Below, one piece after another: positions 18,201 through 32,889 of a DNA stretch of 64,000 nucleotides. This DNA comes from Eledone cirrhosa (Eukaryota). The position numbers were made by a program, and so were the translations under genes. The stretch covers positions 109,616,001 to 109,680,000 of the forward strand of contig OZ024745.1 of NCBI GenBank assembly GCA_964016885.1, given 5' to 3'. Below the pieces are notes generated by a model. It worked only from the letters and a program-made list of their open reading frames with translations, was not told the origin of the DNA and ran no database searches. Within the stretch, counting starts at the first letter, position 1; every line of letters starts with the position of its first letter.

Positions 18201-18716
18201 ATATCAATATAGTTTGAAATACAACTAATGCACTGCATGTCCCTTTCCACTTTCTCACACCAAGCCCCTCCTGCCCCCTCCTCACACTGAAAAGATTTGG
18301 CAACATTCCCCTACTCCCTTTATTTGCCCCCCCCCCATCTCACCCCCTCCCCCTCCTCCTTCCCCTCCTCCTCCTTCCTCTGTTAATAAAACCACACCAC
18401 ACCGCCAGCACCATAGCACAGCAACAATTACTACCACTAACTACTGTTGCTGCTGCTGCTGCTGCTGCTACTGCTGTTGTTGCTGCTGTTGCTGCTGCTA
18501 CTGCTGCTGCTGCTGTTGCTGCTGTTGTTGCTGCTGCTGCTGCTGCTGCCACTGTGTCCTATGACTTCCATCACTGCACACTCTAACTACTGACTATTTG
18601 GACAGTGAGAGAAGCTGACAGACAAGTGATATTCTCTTTAACCAATATCACCACATGACATCATATTACTCACACACATTTCAAGCTTAGTAAACCACAA
18701 GGAAACCCAAACATTT

Positions 18717-18766
<50 letters not shown>

Positions 18767-19060
18767 AATGGTGTTGATCTTCACCCCTTTACTTGATGCA
18801 AGCCTCATTCTGTTTTGTCTGTGTCCTTGTATTGTCCCCGATGTTTTTTTTGTTCCAGTGGCCAGCATCCTCATCGTCAATTAACGTCTATCTTCCATGC
18901 TAGCATGGGTTAGATAGGTTTGTTGTCACAATTAGAGGCAAGTTGGGTCGGGTGACCGTGTCTCGCTCATATAGGAGAGTTTTTGGCTAGTTTTCTACGG
19001 TTTGATGCCACCCACATTTACAGTGTGTGCTGGGGGTACTTTTTGTCATGTATTGGCAGT

Positions 19061-19700
19061 AGTGGAAGATTGGCAGAATCAGTAGAATGTCGGACACCCT
19101 GCTTCACAGCATAGAGTTACGGCCCTTTACGTTATGTGTTCGAATCGTGTTGAGGTTAGCTTTGCCTTTCATCCTTATGGCGTTGATAAAATAAAGCACC
19201 AGTATTGCACTGGGATCGATTTAATCGACCCCCCCCTCCTAAATTGCTGACCTTGTGCCTATACTAGAAATTATTTGGCAGTACCGGTAGAGGGTCGGAC
19301 GCCATGCTTTCACGCATAGAGTTACGGCCCTTACCATTCTGAGTTCAAATCCCGCCGAGGTTAACTTTGCCTTTCATCCTTACGGGGTCGATAAAATAAA
19401 GTACCAGTAATGCACTGGGGTAATTGCTGGCCTTGTGCCAAAAGTAGAAACAATTATTGTTAGTATTATTAGAGCAGTGGATTGATAGTATAGGAAGAAC
19501 ATCAGAGGACATGCTTTGCAGCATAAGGGTGGTGGAATGGTAATATCAGGGCGCGTAAAATAATGTACCAGTAATACACAAGGGTCGATTTAAACAACTT
19601 ACCCTTCCCCCCCACAAATGCTTGGCCTTGTGCGGTGGATTGGCAGTAATGGTAGAGCTTCAGACACCTTGCTTTGCAACACATAGTTATGGTCCTTGTG
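19061..19700 (+). mobile_element. Cluster of SINE family B copies (older 19061-19270, young 19276-19458, decayed remainder)
   Basis: Family B motifs; the older form carries an extra atcgatttaatcgacccc segment. Confidence 0.75.
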
Positions 19701-19844
19701 GTCAGTCTCAAAAAAAATATTATTGACATAAACTCTTATACATCTAATAACCCACAAATACAATATTAGATAACTGTATCAAAGAAATATGTAATATGTA
19801 ATTCCAGATAGCAACTTTATGTAAGTGTGATGTAGACATCAGTT

Positions 19845-21330
19845 AATGAGACAGCTACATATAGGCTATAGTGACACTTAAACATAGGCAGTGAGACAGC
19901 TACATATAGGCAATGGGGCAGCTACATATAGGCTATAGGGCAACTAAATATAGGCAGTAAGACAGCTACATATAGGCAATAGGGCAACTACATATGGGCA
20001 ATAGTGACAGCTAAATATAGGCAGTGAGACAGCTACATATAGGCAATGGGGCAGCTACATATAGGCAATAGGGCAACTAAATATAGGCAGTGAGACAGCT
20101 ACATATAGGCAATAGTGACAGCTAAATATAGGCAGTGAGACAGCTACATATAGGCAATAGTGACAGCTAAATATAGGCAGTGAGACAACTACATATAGGC
20201 AATGGGGCAGCTACATATAAGCAATAGTGACAGCTAAATATAGGCAGTGAGACAGCTACATATAGGCAATAGTGACAGCTAAATATAGACAGTGAGACAG
20301 CTACATATAGGCAATGGGGCAGCTACATATAGACAATAGGGCAACTAAATATAGGCAGTGAGACAGCTCCATATAGGCAATGGGGCAGCTACATATAGGC
20401 AATAGTGACAGCTAAATATAGGCAGTGAGACAACTACATATAGGCAATAGGGCAACTACATATAGGCAATAGGACAACTAAATATAGGCAGTGAGACAGC
20501 TCCATATAGGCAATGGGGCAGCTACATATAGACAATAGTGACAGCTAAATATAGGCAGTGAGACAACTACATATAGGCAATAGGGTAACTAAATATAGGT
20601 AGTGAGACAGCTACATATAGGCAATGGGGCAAATACATGTAGGCAATAAGGCAACTAAATATAGGCAGTGAGATGGCTATATATAGGCAGTGAAAACAGC
20701 TACATATAGGCAATAGGACAACTACATATAGGCAATAATTGTTTCTAAATTTGGCACAAGGCCAGCAATTACCCAGTACATTACTGGTACTTTATTTTAT
20801 CGACCCTGTAAGGACGAAAGGCAAAGTTAACCTCGGCGAGATTTGAACTTAGACTGTAAAGGGACGTAACTATGCTAGAAAGCATGGCATCCATCCTTCT
20901 ACCGATACTGCCAGACAGCTAAATATAGGCAGTGAGACAACTACATATAGGCAATAGGGCAACTACATATAGGCAGTGAGACAGCTACATATAGGCAATA
21001 GGGCAACTACATATAGGCAATAGTGACAGCTAAATATAGGCAGTGAGACAACTACATATAGGCAATAGGGCAACTACATATAGGCAATAGGGCAACTACA
21101 TATAGGCAGTGAGACAGCTACATATAGGCAATAGGGCAACTACATATAGGCAATTGTGACAGCTAAATATAGGCAGTGAGACAGCTACATATAGGCAATA
21201 GGGCAACTACATATAGGCAATAGGGCAACTAAATATAGGCAGTGAGACAGCTACATATAGGCAATAGGGCAAATACATATAGGCAATAGGGTAACTAAAT
21301 ATAGGCTGTGAGACAGCTACATATAGGCAA
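19845..21330. repeat. Minisatellite of ~19-21-bp units (gacagctacatataggcaatag / gacagctaaatataggcagtga)
   Basis: Dozens of tandem variant units, interrupted by a SINE. Confidence 0.95.
20736..20913 (-). mobile_element. SINE family B inserted in the minisatellite
   Basis: Reverse complement of family B; satellite units resume at 20914. Confidence 0.85.
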
Positions 21331-21661
21331 CTTAAAGTGTGACATATAGCTCAGATCTGCTGATTCCCATCTCTTGATCTAAGAATATAGTTCCTAAGAA
21401 AATAGTTCCTTATAGAGTGGTAGGTTTGGGATTTGCAATACTTGTCATTTCTTTTGTTATACTCTTCTTATACAGTGATGAGTCAATAATCTTTGCCATT
21501 TCTACAAACTTATTGCCAGTCAGTCTGAGCCTTCCTATGATGCAGAATATAAATGCTGATGCAACAATGGCATGACAGAAGCAATGTCATCAACTTGTGT
21601 TATAAACATGCATTGCATTTCACACAATGATATCACATCCTGTTTGTTACATGCCACTCGT

Positions 21662-21718
<57 letters not shown>

Positions 21719-21934
21719 TCTCTCTCCCTCTCTCTCTCCCTCTCTCTACTTGCCTACTTACAGGAGCTCTCTATTTCTATATGACCTTTTCAATGAAACT
21801 CTATATAAGCCCTGTTTCAGCAAAACTATGACGAAAGGACATGCCAATCATGATGATCCTTCTTTTATAATTTTATTTTGTTTCTACAGTAGAAGCAACT
21901 ATTATCACTATTGTTATTATTATTACTGAAAGAA

Positions 21935-22794
21935 GGGCAGTGGTTGGCAATATCGGTAGAGGGTCGGACACCATGCTTTGACGCATAAAGTTACGGCCCT
22001 TGCCATTCTGAGTTCAAATCCCGCCGAGGTTAACTTTGCCTTTCATCTTTACGGGGGGTTGCTAAAATAAAGTACCAGTAATACACTGGATAATTGCTGG
22101 CCTTGTGCCAAAAGTAGAAACAATTATTAATACTGAAAGAACCAGTCAACTGCTATGGTTGATATAATTGACTAACCACAGCCACCAATTATCTAACTAT
22201 GAGCCTAAATAAGAAGCCATTGTTATTATTGTGGATTGGCAGTATTGGTAAAGGGACAGACGTCATGAATTGCAGCACAAAGTTATGGCCCTTTACGGAC
22301 TGAGTTCAAATCCCGCCGAGGTTAACTTTGCCTTTCATCCTTACGGGATCAATAAAATAAAGTACCAGTAATGCACTGGGGTAATTGCTGACCTTGTGTC
22401 GAAAGTAGAAACAGTTATTATTATTGGTGGTGCATTGACAGTATTGATAGAGGGTCGGACGCCATGCTTTGCAGCATAGAGTTATGGCCCTTTACGTTCT
22501 CAGTTGAAATCCTGCCGAGGTTAGTTTTGCCTTTCATCCATACGGTGTTGATAAAAATAATGCACCAGTAATACACTGGGGGTAATTGCTGGCCTTGTGC
22601 CAAAAGTAGAAACAATTAGTATTATTATTAATAGTGGTATTAGTAGTGATTGTGGTGACGTTGGTGGCAGTGGTGGTGGTTTTGTAAGCAGCAGAAGTAG
22701 TAGTAATTAAGCCCTCATCTTGCAGGTCGATAAAATGAAGTACCAGTAATGCACTGGGTATTTGCTGGCCTTGTGCCAAACGTAGAAACAATTA
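21935..22794 (+). mobile_element. Four SINE family B copies (21935-22129, 22231-22420, 22426-22617, partial 22724-22794)
   Basis: Family B motifs; the first copy is flanked by the duplicated tactgaaagaa (TSD). Confidence 0.85.
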
Positions 22795-23349
22795 TATACT
22801 ATTGTATGTTCACAGTAAACACTTTCATCATCATTTCATCATCATTTCATTTTACGTCCGCTTTTTCCTTGCTTGCAAGGGTGGGACAGGAACTGATGGT
22901 GGCTTGATTTCTACAGCTGGATGCCCTTCCTAACACCAACCTCATTTACAGTGAGTGCTGGGTGCTTTTTTACCGTGGCACCTCCACGACCACTTTGCAG
23001 TGAATGATAGGGACCCCAGTCCCTATCATCTCATTTCTACAGCTGAGTAAACTGGAGCAATGTGAAATAAAGTGTCTTGCTCAAGGACACAACACATCAC
23101 CCGGTCTGAGAATTGAACTCACAACCTTTCGATTGCAAGGCCAATGCTCTAACCACTAAGCCATGTGCCTCCATCTTTATTTCATGTAATTATCTCACAT
23201 AATAATATCGAATCTATGAGATTTTGATATTATTTATTTTGAGAACAATACCTTAATGTAGGTATGAGTGGCTAGTTAGGGTCAGTTTGAATAGAAAGAG
23301 GTGAGAGAATTCTGGCCGGATATGGTCGGTTTAAATGATAAAGGGTTAA
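22793..23349 (-). mobile_element. TTAA-type (piggyBac-like) MITE copy interrupted by SINE A
   Basis: Ends aagggTTAA; 23190-23325 is the reverse-complement homologue of 37735-37867, and tatactattgtat at ~22795 matches 38099-38111. Confidence 0.55.
22824..23173 (-). mobile_element. SINE family A (CORE-SINE, RTE tail)
   Basis: Near-identical to 4389-4736. Confidence 0.85.
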
Positions 23350-24199
23350 TTTCGAAAAGAATAAAATAAAATAAGAAATAGAAAATAGTAATACTACCAA
23401 TCACTGTTACTGTGACAATTTAAGTAATCAGACTTTTATTGATAGTCTCATACATTCCTTCAACATCACCTTATTATTCTGCCCATCTATGCTGTCAGCA
23501 GGAGGTATTGTTTTCGCTATGAGGCAGAGAGTTGTTATCAGAGAGGTCACCCAATGTTTACAGTACACAACAAGCTACTGATACCATGTCAACATACAAC
23601 TCCACTGAGTAAATTTCTATTGAAACCAATTTGGGTTTTGATTGACAATTCACCGGGACAGGCCACGGGGATAAAGTAACAAGAGATGAGGCATGAGGGA
23701 AGATATGTAATCGAAAATAATGAAAGAAAGGCACTCTATGGTGAAAATTGCCTGACAACAACAGGCTACCTTGCTGGTAATCAATAATTTGGAGGGATTT
23801 AGTAGATTATCTAACATTCTCATGATTAAACTGGTGTTAATAATGTCACTTAAAAAAGGTCTTGTACAAAATTATGATGGAAGGTTTTTAAATAAATATA
23901 AACACTTTAAAATAAATAGTTTTTTTTTTATAGTATAACCTCGGGCAGTTTCAGTTGGTTTGGTATCAAAAGGGTTAAAGACATTACATGACCATTCAAA
24001 CCTTTTTCAAGTTTAATGTATGCACTGTGACCTTTATTTAACCCTTTTGTTTCTATATTTCTTATGAAAAACATTAACTGTTATTTTCAAATAGTTTCGA
24101 AAATAATCAAGAATTCGGAGAGATTTAGTGTTCTAACCCTGCTAGCAACAAAGAGACTCTCTCTTCTTGTGAAAGGCATATTTTATGTTTGAATACGAA

Positions 24200-24535
24200 G
24201 GGCAATGTTGCCTGATGGCACTGAATGGGCACTGGATGGTAAGAGATGAGGTGAGCTTTCTCTGATGTATATGTAAATGTTAGTGTCCCTGACTAAAAGA
24301 TCTGAAATAAACTGAGATAGAAGTTGGACGAGACTGTGCTGGTACAGACATGTGATGCATAGATGCATATAGAGGGTGAGAATTGGATAAAGAACCATCA
24401 AGCAATCCAAGAGGAAGATATAGAAAGAAGCAGGGGATACTGATCTTAGAATGTAACACGTGACAGAAGGGTGTGCTAGAGAAGACCCTTTAACCCATGC
24501 AATGATGGAGAAACGGAAAGAAAATGATGATGATA
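24200..24535 (+). pseudogene. Decayed RTE 3' coding end and tail
   Basis: agactgtgctggtacagacatgtgatgcat translates RLCWYRHVMH (cf. [10 protein letters not shown] in the RTE ORF); ends aacccatgc...aaaatgatgatgat. Confidence 0.55.
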
Positions 24536-24589
24536 CATATACATATACACACATATACATGAATATATATATACATCTACATATAAATA

Positions 24590-25061
24590 ATAATAATAAT
24601 GAAATTATTGTGTAAAGTGCTCAGGTGCACTACAACTCGTCAATATAGTACATAGAATAATACACAAATGCCAGGGAAGTACATGTTTGTATGTGTTAGC
24701 TGTAGTGTTGGCGGATCTCGGGAAGCATGGAGGCCTTAAAGGATGCAGTGTCTCGACAGCTAACAACTGATGCAGGTAGTTTGTTCCATGCTTCAGCAAC
24801 TCTGAGCGTGAAAAAATGTTTCCGAAAGTCATGGGAACTGTGCTGTTTTCTTACTTTGTGGGCATGTCCACGTGTGTTAGACACATGGAAATCGAAAAGG
24901 CACTCAGGGTTGTTGTTGGCAACATGGTTAACAATTTTGTGGGTGTTTACCAAGTCAGTTGCCAGGCGTCGGAGCTTCAATGAATCCATGCCCAGGGAAG
25001 CAAGGCGATCAGAGTATGGTAGATGCCTGATGGAGGGTATTCGCTTGGTTGCACGTCTCTG
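24590..25061 (-). mobile_element. CR1/L2/Jockey-group LINE, 5'-truncated (ORF2 C-terminus + 3'UTR + (ATT)n tail)
   Basis: Frame 25061-24696 reads [24 protein letters not shown]...NTRGHAHKV...[21 protein letters not shown]...FK, typical of CR1-group ORF2 C-termini. Confidence 0.85.
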
Positions 25062-25545
<484 letters not shown>

Positions 25546-26094
25546 AATTGAATAATTTTTCTTTAATGCCATAATGAAAATAATGCCTTCCAAATAAATA
25601 TATAAGTAAACAGCATTACAATACATAACAGCAACAACAACATCAACAACAACAACAACTACAACAACAACATCAACATCAACTACAAACAAGAGGGTAA
25701 CACGAAATCATATTAAACATGTTCAGATGATTTTTAAATAGATAATCAATAAATCCAGTGACAGAAACCGATTTCTATGTGAATCCCACCACGACCACCA
25801 CCATCACCACCTTACCTGCCCCCCCCTCTTTCTCTTGTGTCTCTGCCACAACCACCACATCTATCATCACCATCACCTACAACAATAACAACAATACTTT
25901 TATCATTTCATTGCACACACAAAAAAAAGAAAAAGAAAAAAAAAAAAAGAAAAAAACAACAACAACACACACCAACAATATTAACAACAACATCAATAAC
26001 AACAATAACAGGAGAATGATAAATTTTTACAAATGTTGAAATCCACATGAGTATTCAATGGTCATGTGATTCTTTAAACATTTGTGGTTGTGTA

Positions 26095-26442
26095 AGGTAG
26101 GGAAGGGGAGTGGGAATGAGATGAGAGAGAGGGGGAGGGGAGGGGGAGAGAGAGAGAAACAGAGGGAAATAAATTGAGAAAGAGAGAGATGATGGGGGTA
26201 GGGACAAAAAGAGACAGGGGAGGGGAGTAGGAAAGAAATGAGAGAGAGAGAGAGAGAGAGAGTGTGATGATGAAGGTAGAGACAGAAAGAGATGGGGTAG
26301 GAATCAAATGGGAGAGAGAGAGAGAGATAGAGGTCGAGAGAGAGAGGGGGTGGAGGTTGAGAGAGAGGGAGAGAGAGAGCGGTGGCGGTCAAGAGAAACA
26401 GAGAAAGAGGTGTGGAGGTTGAGAGAGATAGTGAGAGAGAGG

Positions 26443-26481
<39 letters not shown>

Positions 26482-26865
26482 GTAGAGGTCGAGATAGAGA
26501 GGGGGTGGAGGTTGAGAGAGAGGGAGAGGGAGAAGGAGAGGGAGAGAGAGAGAGAGAGAGAGAGAGGTCGAGATAGAGAGGGGTGGAGGTTGAGAGAGAG
26601 GGAGAGAGAGGGCGGTGGAGGTCAAGAGAAACAGACAAAGAGGTGTGGAGGTTGAGATAGATAGTGAGAGAGAGGGAGAGGGAGAGAGAGAGGTGGAGGT
26701 TGAGAGAGAGTGATAGAGGTCGAGAGAGAGAGAGGGTGGAGGCTGAGAGAGATAGTGAGAGAGTGTGAGAGAGAGATGGAGGTTGAGAGAGAGAGAGAGA
26801 GAGGTGGAGGTTGAGAGAGGGAGAGGTGGAGGTATAGGTTTAGAGAGATAGAGAGAGAGAGTGGA

Positions 26866-26896
<31 letters not shown>

Positions 26897-27410
26897 GTGG
26901 AGGTTGAGAGAGGGAGGTATAGAGGTCGAGAGAGAGTGGTGGAGGTTGAGAGAGAGAGAGAGAGAGAGGTTGAGGTTGAGAGAGAGAGAGGTGGAGATCA
27001 AGAGAGAGAGAGAGAGAGAGGGGGGTGGAGGTTGAGAGAGGGAGAGGTGGAGGTCTAGGTTGAGAGAGATAGAGAGAGAGAGAGTGGAGGTTGAGAGAGA
27101 GAGAGAGAGAGAGAGAGGTGGAGGTGGAGCTTGAGAGAGAGGGGGCGAGGTCTAGGTTGAGAGTGATAGAGCGAGAGAGTGGAGGTTGAGAGAGATAGAG
27201 AGAGAGAGAGTGAGAGAGATAGAGAGGTGGAGGTTGAGAGAGAGCGAGAGGTGGAGGTCTAGGTTGCGAGAGATAGAGAGAGAGAGAGAGAGTGGAGGTT
27301 GAGAGAGAGAGAGAGCGAGAGAGAGAGAGAGGGAGGTGGACAGAGAGAGAGAGAGAGAGGTGGACAAAGAGAGCGAGGTTGAGATACAGAGACAGTAAGA
27401 GAGAGACTGT
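26095..27410. repeat. Polypurine (GA)n tract with a recurrent gtggaggttga motif
   Basis: Seen directly. Confidence 0.9.
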
Positions 27411-27653
27411 GAAACTTGAGTGAAATGGAGATGGAATGGTCTTGTCCATAAAAGGTTTGACTTAAAATGATTAGATGCGTTGTAATGTGTGTAAGTTTTT
27501 GTGTTTGTGTTTCTATTGTTTTGTGGAATTTAGACTGTCTGTTCAATTGAAATACCCTAGAGTTAACTAAAATTGTATTACCATAATATTTTTTGGCAAT
27601 GTCAAACATATATTAATTAATGCACAACATGACAATAGGATAACAAAGTAAGC

Positions 27654-27685
<32 letters not shown>

Positions 27686-27754
27686 ATATATATATATTAT
27701 ATGTGTATATATATGTGTGTGTATATATATATATATATATAATATATGTGTATA

Positions 27755-27831
<77 letters not shown>

Positions 27832-27835
<4 letters not shown>

Positions 27836-28420
27836 TCATCATCATCATCATCAACGTTTAACGTCCGTGTTCCACGCTTGCATGGGTTTGGACGGGGGTA
27901 GTCCCACTTGAGGCAAGAGTGATTGTCTTGCTCGCATAGGACTGTCTGGCAGGTTTTCTACAGTTGGATGCCCTTCCTAACACCAACCACATTTACAGTG
28001 TGGGTCTGGGAGGTTTTTACCGTGTTGCCTACACGGCCACATTACAGCGTGGACTGTGTGTTTTTTTGTCGTGACACCTACACGATCTCATTTGTTTCGG
28101 CCCGGATGGCGCGGGCACCAACATAACTTTACATAGGACGGGGTGGTGTGGATGGGGTGGGGGTGGTGGTGGTGGGACGGGGTGTATTTTGTTAGAGATG
28201 CCTACTGGCAAGGCGGGGTCTTCTCTGTTACTGAGTACCGCCAAAGGTCTCGGTCCAGTGACATTGTCTTGGAGAGGTGTAAGTGTGTGAGGTCGGAGTT
28301 TATCAGCTCGTCCCAGGTTTTTCTAGGTCTGCCTATTCCGTGGCTACCGTCTATCTTTATTGCCCTGCACTTTGTTATACAGCTATCGACTTTCATGCGC
28401 ATCACGTGTCCATACCAACG
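27832..28420 (-). mobile_element. RTE subfamily 2, 5'-truncated copy in (TA)n
   Basis: Encodes [60 protein letters not shown], homologous to the C-terminus of 51241-53403. Confidence 0.9.
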
Positions 28421-28439
28421 TGCGCATCACGTGTCCATA

Positions 28440-30020
<1,581 letters not shown>

Positions 30021-30600
30021 GAGAAACTTCAAAGTGGCAATGTCCACCTAACGATATTATATACCATTCTCATCATTGACAAGGGATCTTTGTGTTAAAT
30101 TCCCAAGAGTCAGCAGAAAGTTATAATGTAATCTTGATCCTTTAAACCTAAAATTATATTTTTTTCTCTTTTCACACACAAACATCTACACATGTATATA
30201 CAGACATCTACACATGTATATACAGACATCTACACATGTATATACAGACATCTACACATGTATATAAAGACATATACATATGTGTATGTATATATAGAGA
30301 CAAAATGAATATGTCGATGCATGCACAGACTTAACAATATGCACAACATTGTATAGATATGGACATAGACATCATAGAGAAATGCGTAATTAGAAGAAAA
30401 GCTTTACTGTTGATACTTAGAATTAAATGTGAGGACAGTTACGTCTATTTATAGGGAGAACACATTTAAGTTGAGACGTGTTTACATACACACACTTGCA
30501 TACATACATATACACAACCACAAATACATGTATATATGTATAAACATATATTTAAATATGTATATATATATATTTAAATATGTGTATATATATATATATT

Positions 30601-30984
30601 AAAACCTACTACAGTCAGTAGGCATCTCTAACAAAATACACCCCCGTCCCACCACCCCCACCCCATCCACACCGCCTCTTTCAATGTAAAGTTATGTTGG
30701 TGCCACAACATCCAGGCTGAAACAAATGAGATCGTGTAGGTGTCACGACAAAAAACACACAGTCCACGCTGTAATGTGGCCGTGTAGGCAACACGGTAAA
30801 AACCTCCCAGCCCCACACTGTAAACGTGGTTGGTGTTAGGAAGGGCATCCAGCTGTAGAAAACCCACCAGACAGTCCTATGCGAACAAGACAACCACTCT
30901 TGCCTCAAGTAGGAAAACTCCCGTCCAAACCCATGCAAGCGTGGAACATGGACATTAAACGATGATGATGATGATGATGATGAT
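30601..30984 (+). mobile_element. RTE subfamily 2 3'UTR with a long flanking duplication
   Basis: Homologous to 17291-17683; 30536-30600 is repeated from 30983. Confidence 0.85.
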
Positions 30985-31022
30985 GTATAAACATATATTT
31001 AAATATGTATATATATATTTAA

Positions 31023-31054
<32 letters not shown>

Positions 31055-31188
31055 TTTGAATTTGAATTGCTGTAGAAATATAGTATAGTATAATATATGT
31101 CACTCCACTGTACATCAATATATATATATGTATCTGTATGTCTCCTGTGTTGGATAGGAAGTCAATTATATGTACAAACATTGAAAAA

Positions 31189-31235
31189 TGCTCCGAAGAC
31201 TCCAAGCCTAGGTTTGGATGAAACAATTGTAAGTG
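31189..31235 (+). ncRNA. Hammerhead-like motif with a variant core (CCGAAGA)
   Basis: tgct-CCGAAGA-ctccaagcctaggtttggat-GAAA-caattg-TA-agtg; helix II tccaagc/gtttgga; palindromic helix III; in a TA-flanked module (~31055-31275) homologous to 50795-51020. Confidence 0.55.
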
Positions 31236-31270
31236 AATAAATGCTTTGACTATAGCTTTGATTCTTGTGA

Positions 31271-31320
<50 letters not shown>

Positions 31321-31324
<4 letters not shown>

Positions 31325-32055
31325 TAATTTAATATATCAACTAACATAAGCGCACAGATGCACGCCCATGCCAGCAAATACACAGGTTATGTCATAGTAC
31401 CTAGGTGGTTCAATGCAGGAGAATGCAGAACAATAATATAAAGGACGTAAAATAAGAAAATATTTTTTTAAAAAAATTTAAAAAAAATTTTTTACTTACT
31501 TAAATTTTCACTCCAACTAATTAGTTTCTGCAATGGGATAAAGACAGTTACGTAATCCAACTGTCGAGAATTCATTGCGTCATCAGGGAGTCTATTCTCA
31601 GTTAAGTCTCCAGGCAATGCGCGGACACTGGCGGCTCATATAAAAATAATAATAATTCGGTAGATCGAACAGCTTGCGAGGACTGGATTCTATGTACCGA
31701 AATTCTCACTGCTTCAAGTCAAATGGCCGATTCTAAAGAATCAATCACGTGACACAGAGGCTAGTTAGAAGGAATGGGATGGTAAGATGACTGACGCCTA
31801 CTAACACCCCAAAAAAAATTTTTTTAGAAGTGGTTTTGACAAGTTTGCTCGACAAATCAGTGATTTGGAGATAAATATAGATAATTTAATATATCAACTA
31901 ACATAAGCGCACAGATGCACGCCCATGCCAGCAAATACACAGGTTATGTCATAGTACCTAGGTGGTTCAATGCAGGAGAATGCAGAACAATAATATAAAG
32001 GACGTAAAATAAGAAAATATTTTTTAAAAAAAATTTAAAAAAAATTTTTTACTTA
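31321..32055 (-). mobile_element. Non-coding HHR element in partial tandem (557-bp period, 178-bp terminal direct repeat)
   Basis: 31321-31498 matches 31878-32055 (one difference seen, at a T/A run boundary); HHR at 31510-31591; TA-rich flanks. Confidence 0.75.
31510..31591 (-). ncRNA. Type I hammerhead ribozyme, extended helix II, palindromic helix III (ACUAAUUAGU)
   Basis: Minus strand: actcc-CTGATGA-c-gcaatg-aattctc-gacagtt-ggattacgt-aactgtc-tttatcc-cattgc-a-GAAA-ctaattag-TT-ggagt. Helix I 5 bp; GUU triplet. Confidence 0.8.
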
Positions 32056-32198
32056 AAATAACAGATTAAAGTTTAAGCTAAGAATCTATATTTATATATT
32101 TATATATAAGATATATATTTATATATTTATATATTTATATATTTATATTTATCATTATCGAGCCCTCTTTGGATTTTAGTCTTCAAATTTATTATTAT

Positions 32199-32273
<75 letters not shown>

Positions 32274-32442
32274 GTAATATTTATATTTATATTTATATAT
32301 GTTTGATATAAATATGTAGGGTAGTACTAAGTACTAGCCAGTTACCAGTATGACAAAAGGCTCAATGCAAATTTTCATGTGTTTTACAGAGCCGAGATAC
32401 ACAGTGTTAAAACGATCAAATTTTAGTTTAGAACATTTATTA

Positions 32443-32487
32443 GCTGACAATTGTTTCTACCAGAGGGAAGTCTGGAATCATCAGAGC
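32443..32487 (-). ncRNA. Type I hammerhead ribozyme, palindromic helix III (ACAAUUGU), GUC site
   Basis: Minus strand: gct-CTGATGA-ttccaga-cttccc-tctggta-GAAA-caattg-TC-agc; downstream agctaataaatg is shared with the 50795-51020 family. Confidence 0.8.
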
Positions 32488-32604
32488 ATAAGGAATGTTG
32501 AAAACGTGTAACTAGAATCCTAGTCATTTAGAACATTTAGGGTACCTAGTTGTTATTAGTGTCAAAGGCAGCATGTGGAGATTCAGGAGTTAAAAAGATG
32601 TTCC

Positions 32605-32812
32605 GCTTGAAATAACACAATTACAGGCAGCACTGGTTGGAAGTGTAATTGTGCTGCCTGTAATTGTGTTATTTCAAGCATATGTATTGAGTACCTTACT
32701 TACTGTGGTTACCCCCGATTGAACCCGGAATAAACTTATATATATATATATATATAAGTTTATCCTGGGTTCAATCAAGGGTAACCACAGTAAGTAAGGT
32801 ACTCAATACATA
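32605..32812. repeat. Two abutting fold-back inverted repeats
   Basis: 29-bp arms 32605-32633/32651-32679 with a 17-nt spacer; then 32681-32812, a near-perfect palindrome centred on (TA)n. Confidence 0.9.
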
Positions 32813-32842
32813 GCAGAGTATAAATATTTAATATAGACATGG

Positions 32843-32889
32843 CTTCTACAGGATTAGATCTGTTTCTTTCGGGAGAAATCATCAGGAAG
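32843..32889 (-). ncRNA. Type I hammerhead ribozyme with a conventional hairpin helix III, GUA site
   Basis: Minus strand: cttc-CTGATGA-tttc-tccc-gaaa-GAAA-cag-atctaatc-ctg-TA-gaag; all three helices Watson-Crick; related 3'-half copy at 50500-50590. Confidence 0.85.

Noticed and set aside
21350-21600. Possible very old RT remnant on the minus strand (VDDIA...FLG)
   Set aside because: Too degenerate to support by eye; needs a translated HMM search.
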